A program made the translations under genes and the position numbers. Shown piece after piece: positions 63,392-64,000 of a DNA stretch of 64,000 nt. Below the pieces are notes generated by a model. The model was not told the DNA's origin. It worked only from the letters and a program-made list of their open reading frames with translations, and did not search any database. This stretch comes from Hemiscyllium ocellatum (lineage: Eukaryota), in assembly GCF_020745735.1 (NCBI RefSeq), contig NC_083409.1:21090098-21154097 (forward strand), written 5' to 3'. Positions within the stretch are counted from its first letter, which is position 1, and every line of letters starts with the position of its first letter.

Positions 63392-64000
63392 TCTCACATC
63401 CTCTCTCTCTCGTGACCTCTCTCTCTATATCGCCACCCCTCTCTTGCCCCGCTCTTTCTCTCGACATCCCTGTCTTTCTCAGACCACCCTCTCTCCTGAC
63501 CCCCCTCTTTCTCCCCTCTCTCTCTATCGCACCTCTCTCTCTCACCCCCTCTTTCTCGACCTCCTTCTCTCACCACAACTCTCTCTCTCGCCTCTCTCTC
63601 TCTCTTGCCCCACTCTCTCTCGCCCCCTCTCACTCCTCTCTCTCGCACACCTCTCTCTCTCTCTCGAACCCCCTCGCGCCCCTCTCTCGCCCCGCCTATC
63701 TCTCTCGCCTGCCCTCTCATGCCTCACTTTCTCTCTCCCCCCCATCCCCCACTCTCTCCCTGCTTCTCTTGCTTCCCCTCCATCATGCCCCCTCGCTCGC
63801 CCAACCTCTCTCGCCACCACTCTCTCTCTCGGCCCCCTCTCTCTCCCTCTCTCACCCCCTCTTCCTCTCGACCCCTCACTCGCCCCCCTCTCTCTCTTGC
63901 CCCCTCTCTCCCAACTCCCCTCTATCTTGCCCCCCTCTTCACCCCCTTCTCTCACCCTCCTCCCTCTCACCCCACCTCTCTGTCTCTCCACCACTCTCTC

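Larger units (their letters stand above)
56460..64000. repeat. ~7.5 kb polypyrimidine (CT-rich) degenerate satellite with internal duplications
   Basis: The plus strand is almost entirely C/T (ctctctctcgcccc motifs); 131-bp and ~850-bp duplicated blocks are visible. Confidence 0.95.

Noticed and set aside
55288-63994. Very long Pro/Leu/Ser-rich (up to 955 aa) and Arg/Glu/Gly-rich ORFs
   Set aside because: A C/T-only or G/A-only strand rarely produces stop codons. Several frames are open at once and no domain is recognisable.

Overview
Vertebrate (non-microbial) DNA from a cartilaginous fish, most likely a shark. The basis is the elasmobranch HE1-type V-SINE, abundant CR1 LINEs and a shark-type immunoglobulin light-chain constant exon. 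The only host coding feature I can support is one intact IgL constant exon of the kappa/NS4 (type III) class on the minus strand (11322-11650), with a good splice acceptor and a poly(A) signal. I found no J segment, V segment or RSS anywhere in the readable sequence. The rest of 1-49600 is a mosaic of decayed CR1/L2-clade LINEs, at least three tRNA-derived SINE families and Penelope-like element (PLE) pieces. The most notable structure is a recurring set of minimal type-I hammerhead ribozyme motifs (CUGANGA-A-stem II-GAAA-palindrome-UH) on PLE termini from three sequence families. Several of these termini are built as a full arm plus a truncated inverted arm, forming ~200-400 bp hairpins; the copy at 8568-8602 has an intact core. 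From 48000 onward the window becomes a tandem-repeat zone: a 36-bp minisatellite that appears to have expanded from a LINE, a 41-bp minisatellite, degenerate (CCCTAA)n running into an assembly gap, a 35-bp minisatellite, and a ~7.5 kb polypyrimidine tract with higher-order duplications. Boundaries of decayed repeats are approximate (tens of bp). Family names come from recalled consensus motifs, not from a database search.
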